Shown: positions 8,651-17,927 of the stretch, in pieces | Numbering within the stretch: the first letter of the stretch is position 1 | How the letters are laid out: each line of letters starts with the position of its first letter | Source: a virus | Taxonomy: Duplodnaviria; Heunggongvirae; Uroviricota; Caudoviricetes | Virus record (IMG/VR): IMGVR_UViG_3300042402_007287 | Strand: one strand, 5' to 3' | Length of the DNA stretch: 64,000 nucleotides | The notes under the pieces: model-generated | The model's input: only the letters and a program-made list of their open reading frames with translations | Told to the model about the DNA's origin: nothing | The model's database searches: none | Translations under genes and position numbers: made by a program

Positions 8651-8680
8651 TAAAACCCCCACCGTTTGGTGAGGGTTAAA
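8651..8680 (-). terminator. rho-independent terminator, identical hairpin to 4211..4240
   Basis: cccaccgtttggtgaggg lies directly after the stop of 8683..9057. Confidence 0.55.
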
Positions 8681-8682
8681 TT

Positions 8683-9057
8683 TTAAAGTCTATTTAAACT
8701 TTCATCATAAGCTGTGGGTGAAGGTAAACCACTATATTCACACGTGAGGTCTTCCCGTTTCTTTTGTAGTTCTTTTTTTACATCTTCAGGGAAATATACT
8801 CCGTTAGATTCCATGTCAGCAATAAGGTTCTGAAGTGCAGAGTATTGATTGATTCTCATGTTGGCTTCGTCATCATTTTTTACGGGAGTATCGAATAATT
8901 TACCAATATATTTTATCATGTTTGTCCTTGGACTATTATCAGGACCAATTTCAGGATTTTTATCCATCTTTATGAATTCTTTGATAACAGTTCCCATGAA
9001 AACGAGAAACAAAGTTGAAACAATACTGGATAATATAATGATGTCTAAATTTTCCAT
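8683..9057 (-). CDS. N-terminally membrane-anchored protein
   Basis: N-terminal segment IIILSSIVSTLFLVFMGTVI. Confidence 0.45.
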   Translation of the reverse strand: MENLDIIILSSIVSTLFLVFMGTVIKEFIKMDKNPEIGPDNSPRTNMIKYIGKLFDTPVKNDDEANMRINQYSALQNLIADMESNGVYFPEDVKKELQKKREDLTCEYSGLPSPTAYDESLNRL

Positions 9058-9059
9058 TT

Positions 9060-9230
9060 TACTTTCGTTTGTTGTTGATATAGTTCATAAGTGAGAGAAT
9101 TGTTGGAGGCCATAGTCCGAGAAAAATAGCCTTCAGGGGGTCACCATGTGAGAGATAAATGTATTCTGATAAAAAAATACAGATGATACACACAAAAAGG
9201 ATTCCTAATTCGGAAATCGAGAACTTATTC
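9060..9230 (-). CDS. small membrane protein, about 56 aa (MNKFSISELGILFVCIICIFL...)
   Basis: Manual translation. Below the track cutoff. Confidence 0.3.
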
Positions 9231-9235
9231 ATAGA

Positions 9236-9445
9236 TTAAATTTTTACTTTGGTGATGATTGTTTTTTTGGTCTTGGTTTTTTTTAATTTATCAAGCGATT
9301 CCATCGCATTGTCCAACGATAGAAAATAACTTGGGAATCCCTGTCTAAAAACATCGCCAGGAATCCAAAATAAACCCAATATCAAGACTTGGACTTCATA
9401 CCAAACGGTTAGTCCTTTTTCGATTTTGATAATTCTTGTTGTCAT
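9236..9445 (-). CDS. small membrane protein
   Basis: Hydrophobic core VQVLILGLFWIPG. Confidence 0.35.
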   Translation of the reverse strand: MTTRIIKIEKGLTVWYEVQVLILGLFWIPGDVFRQGFPSYFLSLDNAMESLDKLKKTKTKKTIITKVKI

Positions 9446-9446
9446 T

Positions 9447-9620
9447 ATTCTTTGTCTTTAAGTGTGTCAACTAATACCCAAGCCATGAACAGAAAGGCAA
9501 TCGGGAAATTCAATGTTACGTAAAAAGAAACTGAAAGTCCAATTCCGAGAATAAGTTTAATATATCTCAGTGCATCTTTGATTAGGCGTTTAGCCCAAAA
9601 ATTATAAAAATTATTCATAT
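9447..9620 (-). CDS. small membrane protein, about 58 aa (MNNFYNFWAKRLIK ... LILGIGLSVSFYVTLNFPIAFLFMAWVLV)
   Basis: Manual translation. Confidence 0.3.
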
Positions 9621-9666
9621 ATCCTTGTTTGGTACAAAGATATTAAAATAAAACCAATTTATCAAA

Positions 9667-10368
9667 TTATTTTTTCTTTACACAATTGGGATATCTTTTA
9701 CCGAACATGGTTTTCATCCCTTTCTGAGTATAACCCTTCCAGCATCTTTCATTTAACTCAGACTCATTGGTTTCAAATTTTTCGATTGGTTCCATTTTAC
9801 TTTTCAAAGTGGTACGGAAATTCTGATTGGGTTTTAAAACCATGATTTGTCCCACGTAAAGATTATCGGGAGTTATAGGAGTTTCATAAAAATCAAACCA
9901 ACATCTTCTAAAATCCTCTTTTGTCACTGTTCTCATTTCTTCCAAATATGGGTCAAGAATATATATATTTTTTTCATCAACACCTATCACAACTGAGGAA
10001 TGTCCCTCGGGTGGGTCACCACAAAACCAATCTACAATAACAGGAACACCTGAATTTACTATATTTGATAATTCTGATATTGTAGAATTATTTTTAAGAA
10101 TTACATCGAATCCCAAATTCTCAGCAGCACAAGCCATATCTTCACTACGACATCCCAACTCATAAGAGTGACCACAAGCTGCTGCCAAATCTTTTTCCGA
10201 AATATCTAAACCATAAAAACCCATAACCATTCTGAGGGATGCGGGACCACATGTACTGTCATCAGATTGAAGGTAATGAGGTACGTCAAGCAAATTTGGA
10301 GCTTCCTCCTCTTTGATAACTTGTTTTATAAGTTCAATAAGTTCTTGTTCCGTTAGTCTGACTTTCAT
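9667..10368 (-). CDS. papain-like (C39-like) cysteine peptidase domain protein
   Basis: SDDSTCGPASLRMVMGFYG, with a downstream His in PPEGHSSVVIGVDEKNIYILDPY. N-terminus MKVRLTEQELIELIKQVIKEE. Confidence 0.5.
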   Translation of the reverse strand: MKVRLTEQELIELIKQVIKEEEAPNLLDVPHYLQSDDSTCGPASLRMVMGFYGLDISEKDLAAACGHSYELGCRSEDMACAAENLGFDVILKNNSTISELSNIVNSGVPVIVDWFCGDPPEGHSSVVIGVDEKNIYILDPYLEEMRTVTKEDFRRCWFDFYETPITPDNLYVGQIMVLKPNQNFRTTLKSKMEPIEKFETNESELNERCWKGYTQKGMKTMFGKRYPNCVKKK

Positions 10369-10370
10369 AA

Positions 10371-11636
10371 TTAAATAAATATTTCATTGTCCCAACCAAT
10401 AACAACTCCATGCTCATCTAAAACTAAACCTAATTTTTTCGCAAGTTCATCAGCTTCATGGTCGTTTTTCAATTTACCAAATAACGCCTCACCTTCCATA
10501 GGGTCGTCTATCCTTTGTACTTGGAAGAATAGATTAAATTTATTACCATCTTCAGGTTTGTATCTTATTTTGGGTATGTCACTGTCAGAGGAGACAATAA
10601 ACCAACCTTGTTTTGCGGCATAGTCACCAAACTCTTTGTCAAACCAAGTAACAAACTTTGCAATTCTGGCATATGGATAAACTATCTTGGAATCATCATC
10701 ATGAAGTCTCCCGAAATCATCGACTTTCATACTTTCATTCAGATTTTCATCCCATTTTTGAGTACAAGAATTGAACCAAGGTCCCTCAGGAAAATTTTTA
10801 CCTTGTCTTTTCTCTGTTCGATATTCGGCATAGCGTGGTGGTTTACCTTCAGTGTGAGAACTCAAAAGGGGTAAATCAAAATCTCTTATCTCTTTTTGCA
10901 TATCGTCATAGGTCTCGTAATATTTTATCATCTCACATTCATTATCGAGCGTCCAAGAAATCATGAATTTAGTTTTTTCGGGTGTGTTAGGTTCGAAAGG
11001 TTGTTGCATGATGGGCAATACCCCTGATGGAGTTGTGGATATTTTTATTGGTGGAGATTGAAAATTCGGTTGTATTTGGTGTTTTGTTTGTAGAATCGGT
11101 TTTGGCATTGTTGGTTCATAAATTGTACCACAAATGTTCCCCCACCAACTATATTTTTTATGGTCATAGTCATGATATTGACGTTCGCTCGGATTTTGTG
11201 GGTATTTGGAAAAAGTTATCAAGGAAATGAATTCTGTATCTTTTTTAGGGATAGAACTACTTCCATCTGTTGGTATTTTTGTAACCCAAGCTACACACCA
11301 TTTTCTTACAGGTTTAATTATCGCGTCGGGTTTTTCAGATTGCGAAATCAAATAGTCGTCATCCAATAGTTTTTTATCTTTAACTAACTTGTCGTATTGT
11401 TGATGAAGTCTTGCAACCCAATTGTCTTTATAAACCTCACCTCCCACATAAAAATAAAACTTTGAATTTTTAAATTCATTAGATTTTCTTATTGATTCGT
11501 CGGACAGTCTTTTGGCTTTGTTATAAATTTTTAAGGCCTTCTCATATTCTAATTTGTTCGTGAAAGTATATGTTTCTTGTTCAGAAATCAAACCCATCAC
11601 TTCCCGAATTCTTTTTATGTTTTCTGACAATCTCAT
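10371..11636 (-). CDS. hypothetical protein, 421 aa
   Basis: Long ORF with uniform coding character. N-terminus MRLSENIKRIREVMGLISEQE. Confidence 0.5.
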   Translation of the reverse strand: MRLSENIKRIREVMGLISEQETYTFTNKLEYEKALKIYNKAKRLSDESIRKSNEFKNSKFYFYVGGEVYKDNWVARLHQQYDKLVKDKKLLDDDYLISQSEKPDAIIKPVRKWCVAWVTKIPTDGSSSIPKKDTEFISLITFSKYPQNPSERQYHDYDHKKYSWWGNICGTIYEPTMPKPILQTKHQIQPNFQSPPIKISTTPSGVLPIMQQPFEPNTPEKTKFMISWTLDNECEMIKYYETYDDMQKEIRDFDLPLLSSHTEGKPPRYAEYRTEKRQGKNFPEGPWFNSCTQKWDENLNESMKVDDFGRLHDDDSKIVYPYARIAKFVTWFDKEFGDYAAKQGWFIVSSDSDIPKIRYKPEDGNKFNLFFQVQRIDDPMEGEALFGKLKNDHEADELAKKLGLVLDEHGVVIGWDNEIFI

Positions 11637-11926
11637 AACTTATCAACTTCCTTTACAAATTTGATACATTTCTCAGAAACTCTACCTTTTTCATGGTCGG
11701 AAATGGTAAGTTTAACTTTATTGTAATTTACAGTGATATCTGGATGATGATTTTGTTTTTCAGCAATTCTCGCAACACTGTTCACAAATTTCATCGAATC
11801 TTTAAAATCATCAAACGTGAAGGTTTTGGAAAGTTGTTTTTTAGAATTTCCCCACCCCTGAAGGTTCTCAGATTCTTCAAGTATCAGAAATAAATTTCTT
11901 TGAATAGACTGTTGTATTTTATTCAT
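11633..11926 (-). CDS. phhB: pterin-4a-carbinolamine dehydratase (PCD/DCoH)
   Basis: FTFDDFKDSMKFVNSVARIAEKQNHHPDITVNYNKVKLTISDHEKGRVSEKCIKFVKEV matches the PCD signature FKDF..AEK..HHP...NVYNKV..LSTHE..GLSE. Confidence 0.8.
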   Translation of the reverse strand: MNKIQQSIQRNLFLILEESENLQGWGNSKKQLSKTFTFDDFKDSMKFVNSVARIAEKQNHHPDITVNYNKVKLTISDHEKGRVSEKCIKFVKEVDKL

Positions 11927-11944
11927 TATGAATAAATATCTTGT

Positions 11945-12130
11945 CTACTTTGTTTTTGGTGGAGTTTTCCTGAAATTTACAACCCTTTTACCGTTTACCG
12001 TAGGCATACCATATTCATCTACACCAATAGTTTTGACGGTGGTTTTTTTGTTCCTGAACTTTCCTGTGTAAATTACATCCCCAACATTCAGAGGAATGAA
12101 TATACCATTTCTTAAATCTCTATCTTTCAT
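11945..12130 (-). CDS. hypothetical small basic protein
   Basis: 61-aa ORF. Confidence 0.3.
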   Translation of the reverse strand: MKDRDLRNGIFIPLNVGDVIYTGKFRNKKTTVKTIGVDEYGMPTVNGKRVVNFRKTPPKTK

Positions 12131-12437
12131 TTTTAAGAACAGCTTCGATTATACCGATAGAATCTTTTTCTTCTTTGGTTTTAAGGGTTTTAGCCTTTAA
12201 GTAAAGTAAAGTTTTTTCAAGTTCACCTTTTTGTAGGTTTTTTGGGTCAATCTTATTAGGGACAACTTTGGACGTATTTTGTTCGTACAAAACGGGAGCC
12301 ATGTTGATGGTGTTGTTCACAATCGGTGGAATTACATCGAATTTCACCTTGTGGTAAATCATCTCGTAGATTTTTGCAGCAAGATATGGGTCTTTCACAA
12401 TCTTGTTCAAGTAGTAGTATCTCAAATATTTTAGCAT
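12120..12437 (-). CDS. hypothetical protein
   Basis: 105-aa ORF. Confidence 0.4.
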   Translation of the reverse strand: MLKYLRYYYLNKIVKDPYLAAKIYEMIYHKVKFDVIPPIVNNTINMAPVLYEQNTSKVVPNKIDPKNLQKGELEKTLLYLKAKTLKTKEEKDSIGIIEAVLKNER

Positions 12438-12455
12438 ACCACAAAGATAATGATT

Positions 12456-13661
12456 TTATACAAATACTGATGGAATTTCTTTCCAAGAGGTTGTGAACTT
12501 TTGAGACATGAACTCTTGTCTCATTTCCCATTCTTTTTCTACGTTTGCTGGTGGTTGAACTATTTGTATCGAACTTGAAAAGAGTGTCCCCTGTTCTATT
12601 GATTCAGGCATTAGGTCATTGAATATGATTCCACACTTTTTATATTTTTTTCCTGTTTTGAACATCTTCTTCAAATGTGGATAGATTTGAGACCATATCT
12701 CATTTTCATCTCTTGTCTGTTTTTGGAATAGTATTTGTTTACTGGTGTAGTGTTTTTCATCTTTATGTTTATTACCCGCAATGAATATGGTTGCTCTGTT
12801 TGGAGATATTCCATTCTCGTGCAACTTTTTAACACCACTTTTTACGTATGAATACATAGCCTCGGCTATTTGGTCAAACGTATCAATATCTTTTCCAAAT
12901 GACCTTGTTGACGCCACGTTTCTTTTCAATTTTGGAACAGGTTGAACGGGATGGCAATACATTCCAAGTAATTCCATTTTTGTTTTCAACCCATTTACTG
13001 TCATCATCTTTCTCACAAGACCATCGTTCAACATTACGAATTGTCCAACACTATCCACACCAATCATTTTCAACTTCTTATACCATTTTCTCCCGATTCC
13101 CCAAACCTCATCAGCTGATATTGTGTAAAGTAAATTCCTTACATTTTGTAAAGTCCAATAAGAACATACTCCGTTATATGAGTCTTGTTTTTTGGCAATG
13201 TATGAAGTTAGTTTTGCCAATGTTTTATTTGGACCAACACCGATTGAAACAGGAATTCCAACCAATCTTTTCACTTCGTTTTTAATAAGTAAAAGTCTAT
13301 CCATCAATTCATCATCAGGTATGTTTGAGAAGTCAACAAAACATTCATCAATAGAATATACTTCAACTTCGGTAGCATACTTTTTTATTATTGTCATGAC
13401 TCTGTCAGACATATCACCGTAAAGATTATAGTTGGAGGAGTATACACAAAACCTGTGCTCTTCCATGAAATCTTTTTTTAGGAAGAATGGTTCACCCATT
13501 TTAATTCCAAGGTCTTTCGCTTCTTGAGAACGAGCGATAACACAACCATCGTTGTTTGATAACACAACTGTTGGTCGTCCGATTGAAATGGGATTAAAAA
13601 CTCTTTCACAACTAACATAGAAGTTGTTACAATCGACTATCCCTATCTTCTTCTTTTCCAT
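12456..13661 (-). CDS. umuC: Y-family (translesion) DNA polymerase, UmuC-like
   Basis: MEKKKIGIVDCNNFYVSCERVFNP...VVLSNNDGCVIARSQEAKDLGIKMGEPFF closely matches the UmuC N-terminus. Confidence 0.9.
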   Translation of the reverse strand: MEKKKIGIVDCNNFYVSCERVFNPISIGRPTVVLSNNDGCVIARSQEAKDLGIKMGEPFFLKKDFMEEHRFCVYSSNYNLYGDMSDRVMTIIKKYATEVEVYSIDECFVDFSNIPDDELMDRLLLIKNEVKRLVGIPVSIGVGPNKTLAKLTSYIAKKQDSYNGVCSYWTLQNVRNLLYTISADEVWGIGRKWYKKLKMIGVDSVGQFVMLNDGLVRKMMTVNGLKTKMELLGMYCHPVQPVPKLKRNVASTRSFGKDIDTFDQIAEAMYSYVKSGVKKLHENGISPNRATIFIAGNKHKDEKHYTSKQILFQKQTRDENEIWSQIYPHLKKMFKTGKKYKKCGIIFNDLMPESIEQGTLFSSSIQIVQPPANVEKEWEMRQEFMSQKFTTSWKEIPSVFV

Positions 13662-13874
13662 TTAATACAATACAATTATTTCACCAGGATTGTGCGCAGG
13701 AACATCATAATGATAACCGTTTTTTTTTAAAATGTCTACGACGATTTCATTCATCTTTGTTGACCTACCTGTGATGATTTTCACAGGAAAACTTTCATGA
13801 TGAAGGTATAAAAAATTCAAAACTTCGAGTGGTACATCTATGTGAAGTAGTCCATGTAAATCTAATTCTTCCAT
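13662..13874 (-). CDS. Smr-domain protein
   Basis: LDLHGL...VKIITGRS...IVVDILKK matches the Smr pattern DLHG...IIhGkG. Confidence 0.5.
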   Translation of the reverse strand: MEELDLHGLLHIDVPLEVLNFLYLHHESFPVKIITGRSTKMNEIVVDILKKNGYHYDVPAHNPGEIIVLY

Positions 13875-14080
13875 GTTTTATAGTTTGAGATGAACCAATA
13901 CCCATGGACAAAAAGAACTGCAGTATTCACCGCAATTAAAGGATAGTCAGATTTGAGTAACGCATAAATCAACCATAAAATTGCACCCGTTGAGTTAGCA
14001 ATTCTCAATTTTAACATGTCTTTAAAGAAAAAAGATAGTAACACAGCTGAGGTGGCAACCCATCCCAAAATTTCAATCAT
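13862..14080 (-). CDS. small membrane protein with 2 TM segments
   Basis: 72-aa hydrophobic ORF. Confidence 0.4.
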   Translation of the reverse strand: MIEILGWVATSAVLLSFFFKDMLKLRIANSTGAILWLIYALLKSDYPLIAVNTAVLFVHGYWFISNYKTWKN

Positions 14081-14083
14081 AAA

Positions 14084-14401
14084 TTATAGTTTATTTAAAA
14101 TCCAATTTACTCTTCCCCAAACATTTGATTGTCCTTCGTATTTTCTAATCTTAAAACATTCCTTCTCGGTGATAATAACTAAATCTCCTTCGTGTGGCTC
14201 AATAGAACGGTCAATAACGAGGATATTTCCTGTCCTTACTCCAAGTGTGTTTGGACCTTTATATTGAAAATAAAAGGTTGTGTGCACGTCCTGAATGATT
14301 AGGTCATTCAGGTCAAGACGTTTGTCTACATAAGATTCCGCAGGAGATGCAAATCCTGTGGTTCTTGAGCTAATGGATAGTTCTGAACGTAGAGTTGACA
14401 T
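14084..14401 (-). CDS. umuD: UmuD-like protein (peptidase S24 fold); the Ser nucleophile and Cys/Ala-Gly cleavage site appear to be absent
   Basis: GFASPAESYVDKRLDLNDLIIQDVHTTFYF aligns to UmuD [30 protein letters not shown]. The GDSM position reads GPNT. Confidence 0.75.
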   Translation of the reverse strand: MSTLRSELSISSRTTGFASPAESYVDKRLDLNDLIIQDVHTTFYFQYKGPNTLGVRTGNILVIDRSIEPHEGDLVIITEKECFKIRKYEGQSNVWGRVNWILNKL

Positions 14402-14423
14402 ATCTACAAAGATAGTAAAAAAA

Positions 14424-15017
14424 TTATAAACTATTTTTTATTATCTCAGTAATTTCTTTCCAATTTTTTGTGATTGCTTTTTGAGAATCATTATCTGTCA
14501 TAATCAGACTAACATTACCCTTTTTTTGTATAGGTAACATTTTTGAAACTTTTTTTAATTTGTTATTCTTATCGATGAAACCTAAAACCCCTTTACCTTG
14601 GTATTCAGTTATATTATCTATGAATTGATTTTTCTCCCAAGGTAATTTGAAACTTTTATTTTTATAAAAAAACTTTCGTTTGTTTTCAGGGTCGTTGAAA
14701 GTTAAACCTGTTTCCAAATCTTTGGAAATATTCTTTATAGACTCGAACAATTGAGAGTTGTGATTGTCATCATGAATGTGACCCGAACAAGATGGCGTAG
14801 TAGGTATATTATTTCGGTGTAAAAATTCAACCAAAAGTTTCAAATCATCGTCTACGGTATTGTAAAATGATTCGTTGTTCGGAATTGTAAACTCCCTTGG
14901 TGTTTCATAAAAAAAGAACCAAGGACATTTTTTGGTTTTTAACCATAATCCTTTGTGAAAATCTTCGTGAGGAATAAAATCAGGATTCAATTTCATCTGT
15001 GAAATCTTTGATATCAA
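14424..15017 (-). CDS. hypothetical protein
   Basis: 197-aa ORF. Confidence 0.45.
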   Translation of the reverse strand: MISKISQMKLNPDFIPHEDFHKGLWLKTKKCPWFFFYETPREFTIPNNESFYNTVDDDLKLLVEFLHRNNIPTTPSCSGHIHDDNHNSQLFESIKNISKDLETGLTFNDPENKRKFFYKNKSFKLPWEKNQFIDNITEYQGKGVLGFIDKNNKLKKVSKMLPIQKKGNVSLIMTDNDSQKAITKNWKEITEIIKNSL

Positions 15018-15774
15018 AATCTTTTACAAAAGCACCAAAAGCATCTTTGTAGGACTTTTGACTCTCATCATTGACACTTTCTGTATATTGCCAGTTCCAA
15101 TAGAGTTTATTGTTTATATCAAAACCATAAAATCTATGTATCTCTTTTTGTAGTTCTATTACTCCTTCACCGTTGAAATTTTGTCCCACGGAAATCATTC
15201 CGCTTTCAATACCCTTCACAACATTTTTCTCCCCCAAAGTTGTGTGTCTGTTCTGAATCCAAGTGAGTCTTTCAATTAAATTTTGATAAAACATATTTGC
15301 AGAACCCCATCTCACTGAGGAGAAAAATATAACACAATCGGATTCAAATAGTTCTTTAGATATTTTCCAAAGCTCATCATACTTAAAATTTATAGAAGCC
15401 CAACATCTATGGTTACCCGTTGGATTTTTTTTCTTGTCTTTTAGTTCTGCCTTGGCTATCCCACAAGAATTACCCTCTTTTCTTGAAACATTACCCTCAC
15501 AAGGGTGAATTTTCAGTTCAGTTACATCTATGAATTTAGCTTTGTCACCTAATTCTTTGGCAATATACTCTGCCAATATCCTTGATTTGGGAATGTCAAT
15601 TTTGTTCTCGTCCCAATTGTATCTGTTTGAACAACTAAGTAATAAAACTTTTTCTTTTTTTTGTAAGGCTTTAATGGTCTCATCGAGTTTTTCCAACCCG
15701 TGTTTACGAACATTTTCCTCTGAGAGCATTATCTCTCTGATTTTCAGTAATTCTTGTTCTAAAACTAAATTCAT
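14980..15774 (-). CDS. flavodoxin-like fold protein, possibly an NAD(P)H-dependent FMN reductase / iron-sulfur flavoprotein-like
   Basis: VLLLSCSNR...; a compact Cys cluster HPCEG..SCG..HRC; DCVIFFSSVRWGSANMF. N-terminus MNLVLEQELLKIREIMLSEEN. Confidence 0.35.
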   Translation of the reverse strand: MNLVLEQELLKIREIMLSEENVRKHGLEKLDETIKALQKKEKVLLLSCSNRYNWDENKIDIPKSRILAEYIAKELGDKAKFIDVTELKIHPCEGNVSRKEGNSCGIAKAELKDKKKNPTGNHRCWASINFKYDELWKISKELFESDCVIFFSSVRWGSANMFYQNLIERLTWIQNRHTTLGEKNVVKGIESGMISVGQNFNGEGVIELQKEIHRFYGFDINNKLYWNWQYTESVNDESQKSYKDAFGAFVKDFDIKDFTDEIES

Positions 15775-15843
15775 AACTATAAATACTAATGGTTTCAGTA
15801 ATTATCTGAGGTAATGATACTATTTATTATCAAATTATAAGTT

Positions 15844-16212
15844 ATGATACTACAAACTACACTTATCGTCGCCTTCGCCTCAGTAATTCTTTGGGTGGTT
15901 ATTTTTAGTCTGAAAAACAAAAATAAAAAAAGTGAAATTCAGGAACCTATAATCAATGAACCGATTGAACAAGAACTACCAATTGAAATTGATATCCCTG
16001 GTGAAATGCCTGAAAAACCTCTACCTATAAATTGTCAATTAGCACAATTTCAACCAGCCCCTCAAGACTTTTTCTATGTAGATTGTTGCGGAGTTCCCCA
16101 TAAGGGTACAGGTTTTGAACCTTGGGAAAAAAGGTCTCCTGTTTCTATTGATAGTAACAAACCTTTCTTCGGAATGACTTTGTTGGATGTTGAAGCAGAA
16201 ATAAACTGCTGA
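15844..16212 (+). CDS. membrane protein with an N-terminal TM segment and a Pro-rich body
   Basis: LIVAFASVILWVVIFSL. It is the only + strand ORF in the gap between minus-strand genes. Confidence 0.4.
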   Translation: MILQTTLIVAFASVILWVVIFSLKNKNKKSEIQEPIINEPIEQELPIEIDIPGEMPEKPLPINCQLAQFQPAPQDFFYVDCCGVPHKGTGFEPWEKRSPVSIDSNKPFFGMTLLDVEAEINC

Positions 16213-16611
16213 TTATTCCCCGTACATACTAGGTTTAAGACTCGGAAATTTCTTAGCGAATTTCTTTATATGAACACCTGCAATTGTGTTTGCCATGTTC
16301 TCTTCGGGTCCACCTATATCTTTAATAACATCTTTTTCTGATAATCCCATTTTTTGGAATTGATACTCATGTATCCATTCATGTGAAATTGTTCTTAGAA
16401 TATCTATCAGAAGTCTGTTTGATGCTAAGACTATTATTTCATCGTTCTTTCTGACCCCTGTGGTCATTTCACCTTTTCTTTGATTAGATAAAACTATTGT
16501 TATAGGTTTTTCCAATGCCATTTCAGACTGTAGAAACTTCAGAAAAATTTTAATTGTTTCCAAATCATTACTTGGAACGAGATTATCTGTATTTTTGAGT
16601 TTAACTTTCAC
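16213..16611 (-). CDS. HExxH motif protein, putative Zn-metallopeptidase-like; 132 aa
   Basis: ISHEWIHEYQ. Same length and core as 2336..2734. Confidence 0.4.
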   Translation of the reverse strand: MKVKLKNTDNLVPSNDLETIKIFLKFLQSEMALEKPITIVLSNQRKGEMTTGVRKNDEIIVLASNRLLIDILRTISHEWIHEYQFQKMGLSEKDVIKDIGGPEENMANTIAGVHIKKFAKKFPSLKPSMYGE

Positions 16612-16624
16612 CGATAATAAATAT

Positions 16625-16828
16625 TCAAACTATTTCAATCTGATACAATTTAGCAAACTTTTGAATAACATTTGTAAGTCCGTTGGGTAAATTGTCCGAG
16701 GTTATTTTGAAAATTGGGTTACCTTTGAGGTTGTCTACATAAACAAAATCTAATTGATAAAGTTTTTCCATACTCGGGTAATAATGGTATAAACCCTTTT
16801 TGAAATTTTCAAGAATTTGAGAGTTCAT
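16625..16828 (-). CDS. hypothetical small protein
   Basis: 67-aa ORF. Confidence 0.3.
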   Translation of the reverse strand: MNSQILENFKKGLYHYYPSMEKLYQLDFVYVDNLKGNPIFKITSDNLPNGLTNVIQKFAKLYQIEIV

Positions 16829-17927
16829 TTGTTAGTTTTAGAGCTTGAGCAATTACTTGATGCATGTCATAATAAACATAGGATGCTAATCGACCACCAA
16901 ATATATACTTATTCTCCAACTTGGCCAAGTTATTATATTTCTCGAAAATTGAGGTATTTTTTTCATCCCTGATTGGATAGTAAGGTTCGTTGTCCCCATC
17001 ATAATCAGTGGGAAACTCATAACTTATAATTGTTCCCTTTTGATTTTGTGGGTCAAACCACTTATGTTCAAGAATTCTAGTGTATGGAGTTTCTCTATCT
17101 GTATAGTTCACAACAGGTATACCTTGAAAATTATTTATATCCAATCGTGTTGTACTCCACTTCAAACTTCTATATTCAAGTTTTCCGAATTTGTAATCAA
17201 AGAATCTATCTATTGGTCCAGTATAAATTATTTTCTGTGTTTGTTTTTCTAAATTGTGTTGATAATCAAAAAAATCTATACCTAACCTAACCTCTACGCC
17301 CTCTAACATTTTTTCGAATATTTGTGTATATCCGCCGATAGGCATACCTGTATATTTGTCATCAAAGTAATTACTATCCCAACTGAACCTTACAGGTATT
17401 CTTTTGATAATAGAAGGAGGTAAATCTTTACAATCTCTGTTCCACTGTTTTTCTGTATACCCTTTTATAAGTTTTTGATAAATTTCGTTCCCAACCATCG
17501 AAACCGCCTGCTCTTCAAGGTTAGAAATCATACCATTGTACTTTGTTTGTTCCAACTTAGCCTTAGCCAACTCAGGGTCATTGATTTTCCAAAGTTGGTT
17601 AAAGGTCCACATGTTGAATGGGAGTGTATACCTTTCTCCTTTGAAGTCGGCAATTACATTATGAGTGTATTGACGAAACTCAGCAAATTTGTTCACGTAG
17701 TCCCATAACTTTTTGTCGTTTGTATGGAAAATATGGGCACCGTATTTGTGAACGTGAATACCACCGTCATTTTCAGTATAACAATTACCACCTACGGTCC
17801 ATCTCTTGTCGACAACGAGACACTTTTTTCCTTTCTGAGTAAGTTCGTGAGCACAAACACATCCGAAAGGTCCTGCACCGACAATTATATAATCAAAATT
17901 GAGACGGGTCGAATCTAAAACTATCAT
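16809..17927 (-). CDS. glf: UDP-galactopyranose mutase
   Basis: About 60 percent identity by eye to E. coli Glf across the whole length: DYIIVGAGPFGCVCAHEL, HKYGAHIFHTNDK, KGYTEKQW, IIKRIPVRF, YTRILEHK, YYDMHQVIAQAL. Confidence 0.93.
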   Translation of the reverse strand: MIVLDSTRLNFDYIIVGAGPFGCVCAHELTQKGKKCLVVDKRWTVGGNCYTENDGGIHVHKYGAHIFHTNDKKLWDYVNKFAEFRQYTHNVIADFKGERYTLPFNMWTFNQLWKINDPELAKAKLEQTKYNGMISNLEEQAVSMVGNEIYQKLIKGYTEKQWNRDCKDLPPSIIKRIPVRFSWDSNYFDDKYTGMPIGGYTQIFEKMLEGVEVRLGIDFFDYQHNLEKQTQKIIYTGPIDRFFDYKFGKLEYRSLKWSTTRLDINNFQGIPVVNYTDRETPYTRILEHKWFDPQNQKGTIISYEFPTDYDGDNEPYYPIRDEKNTSIFEKYNNLAKLENKYIFGGRLASYVYYDMHQVIAQALKLTNELSNS

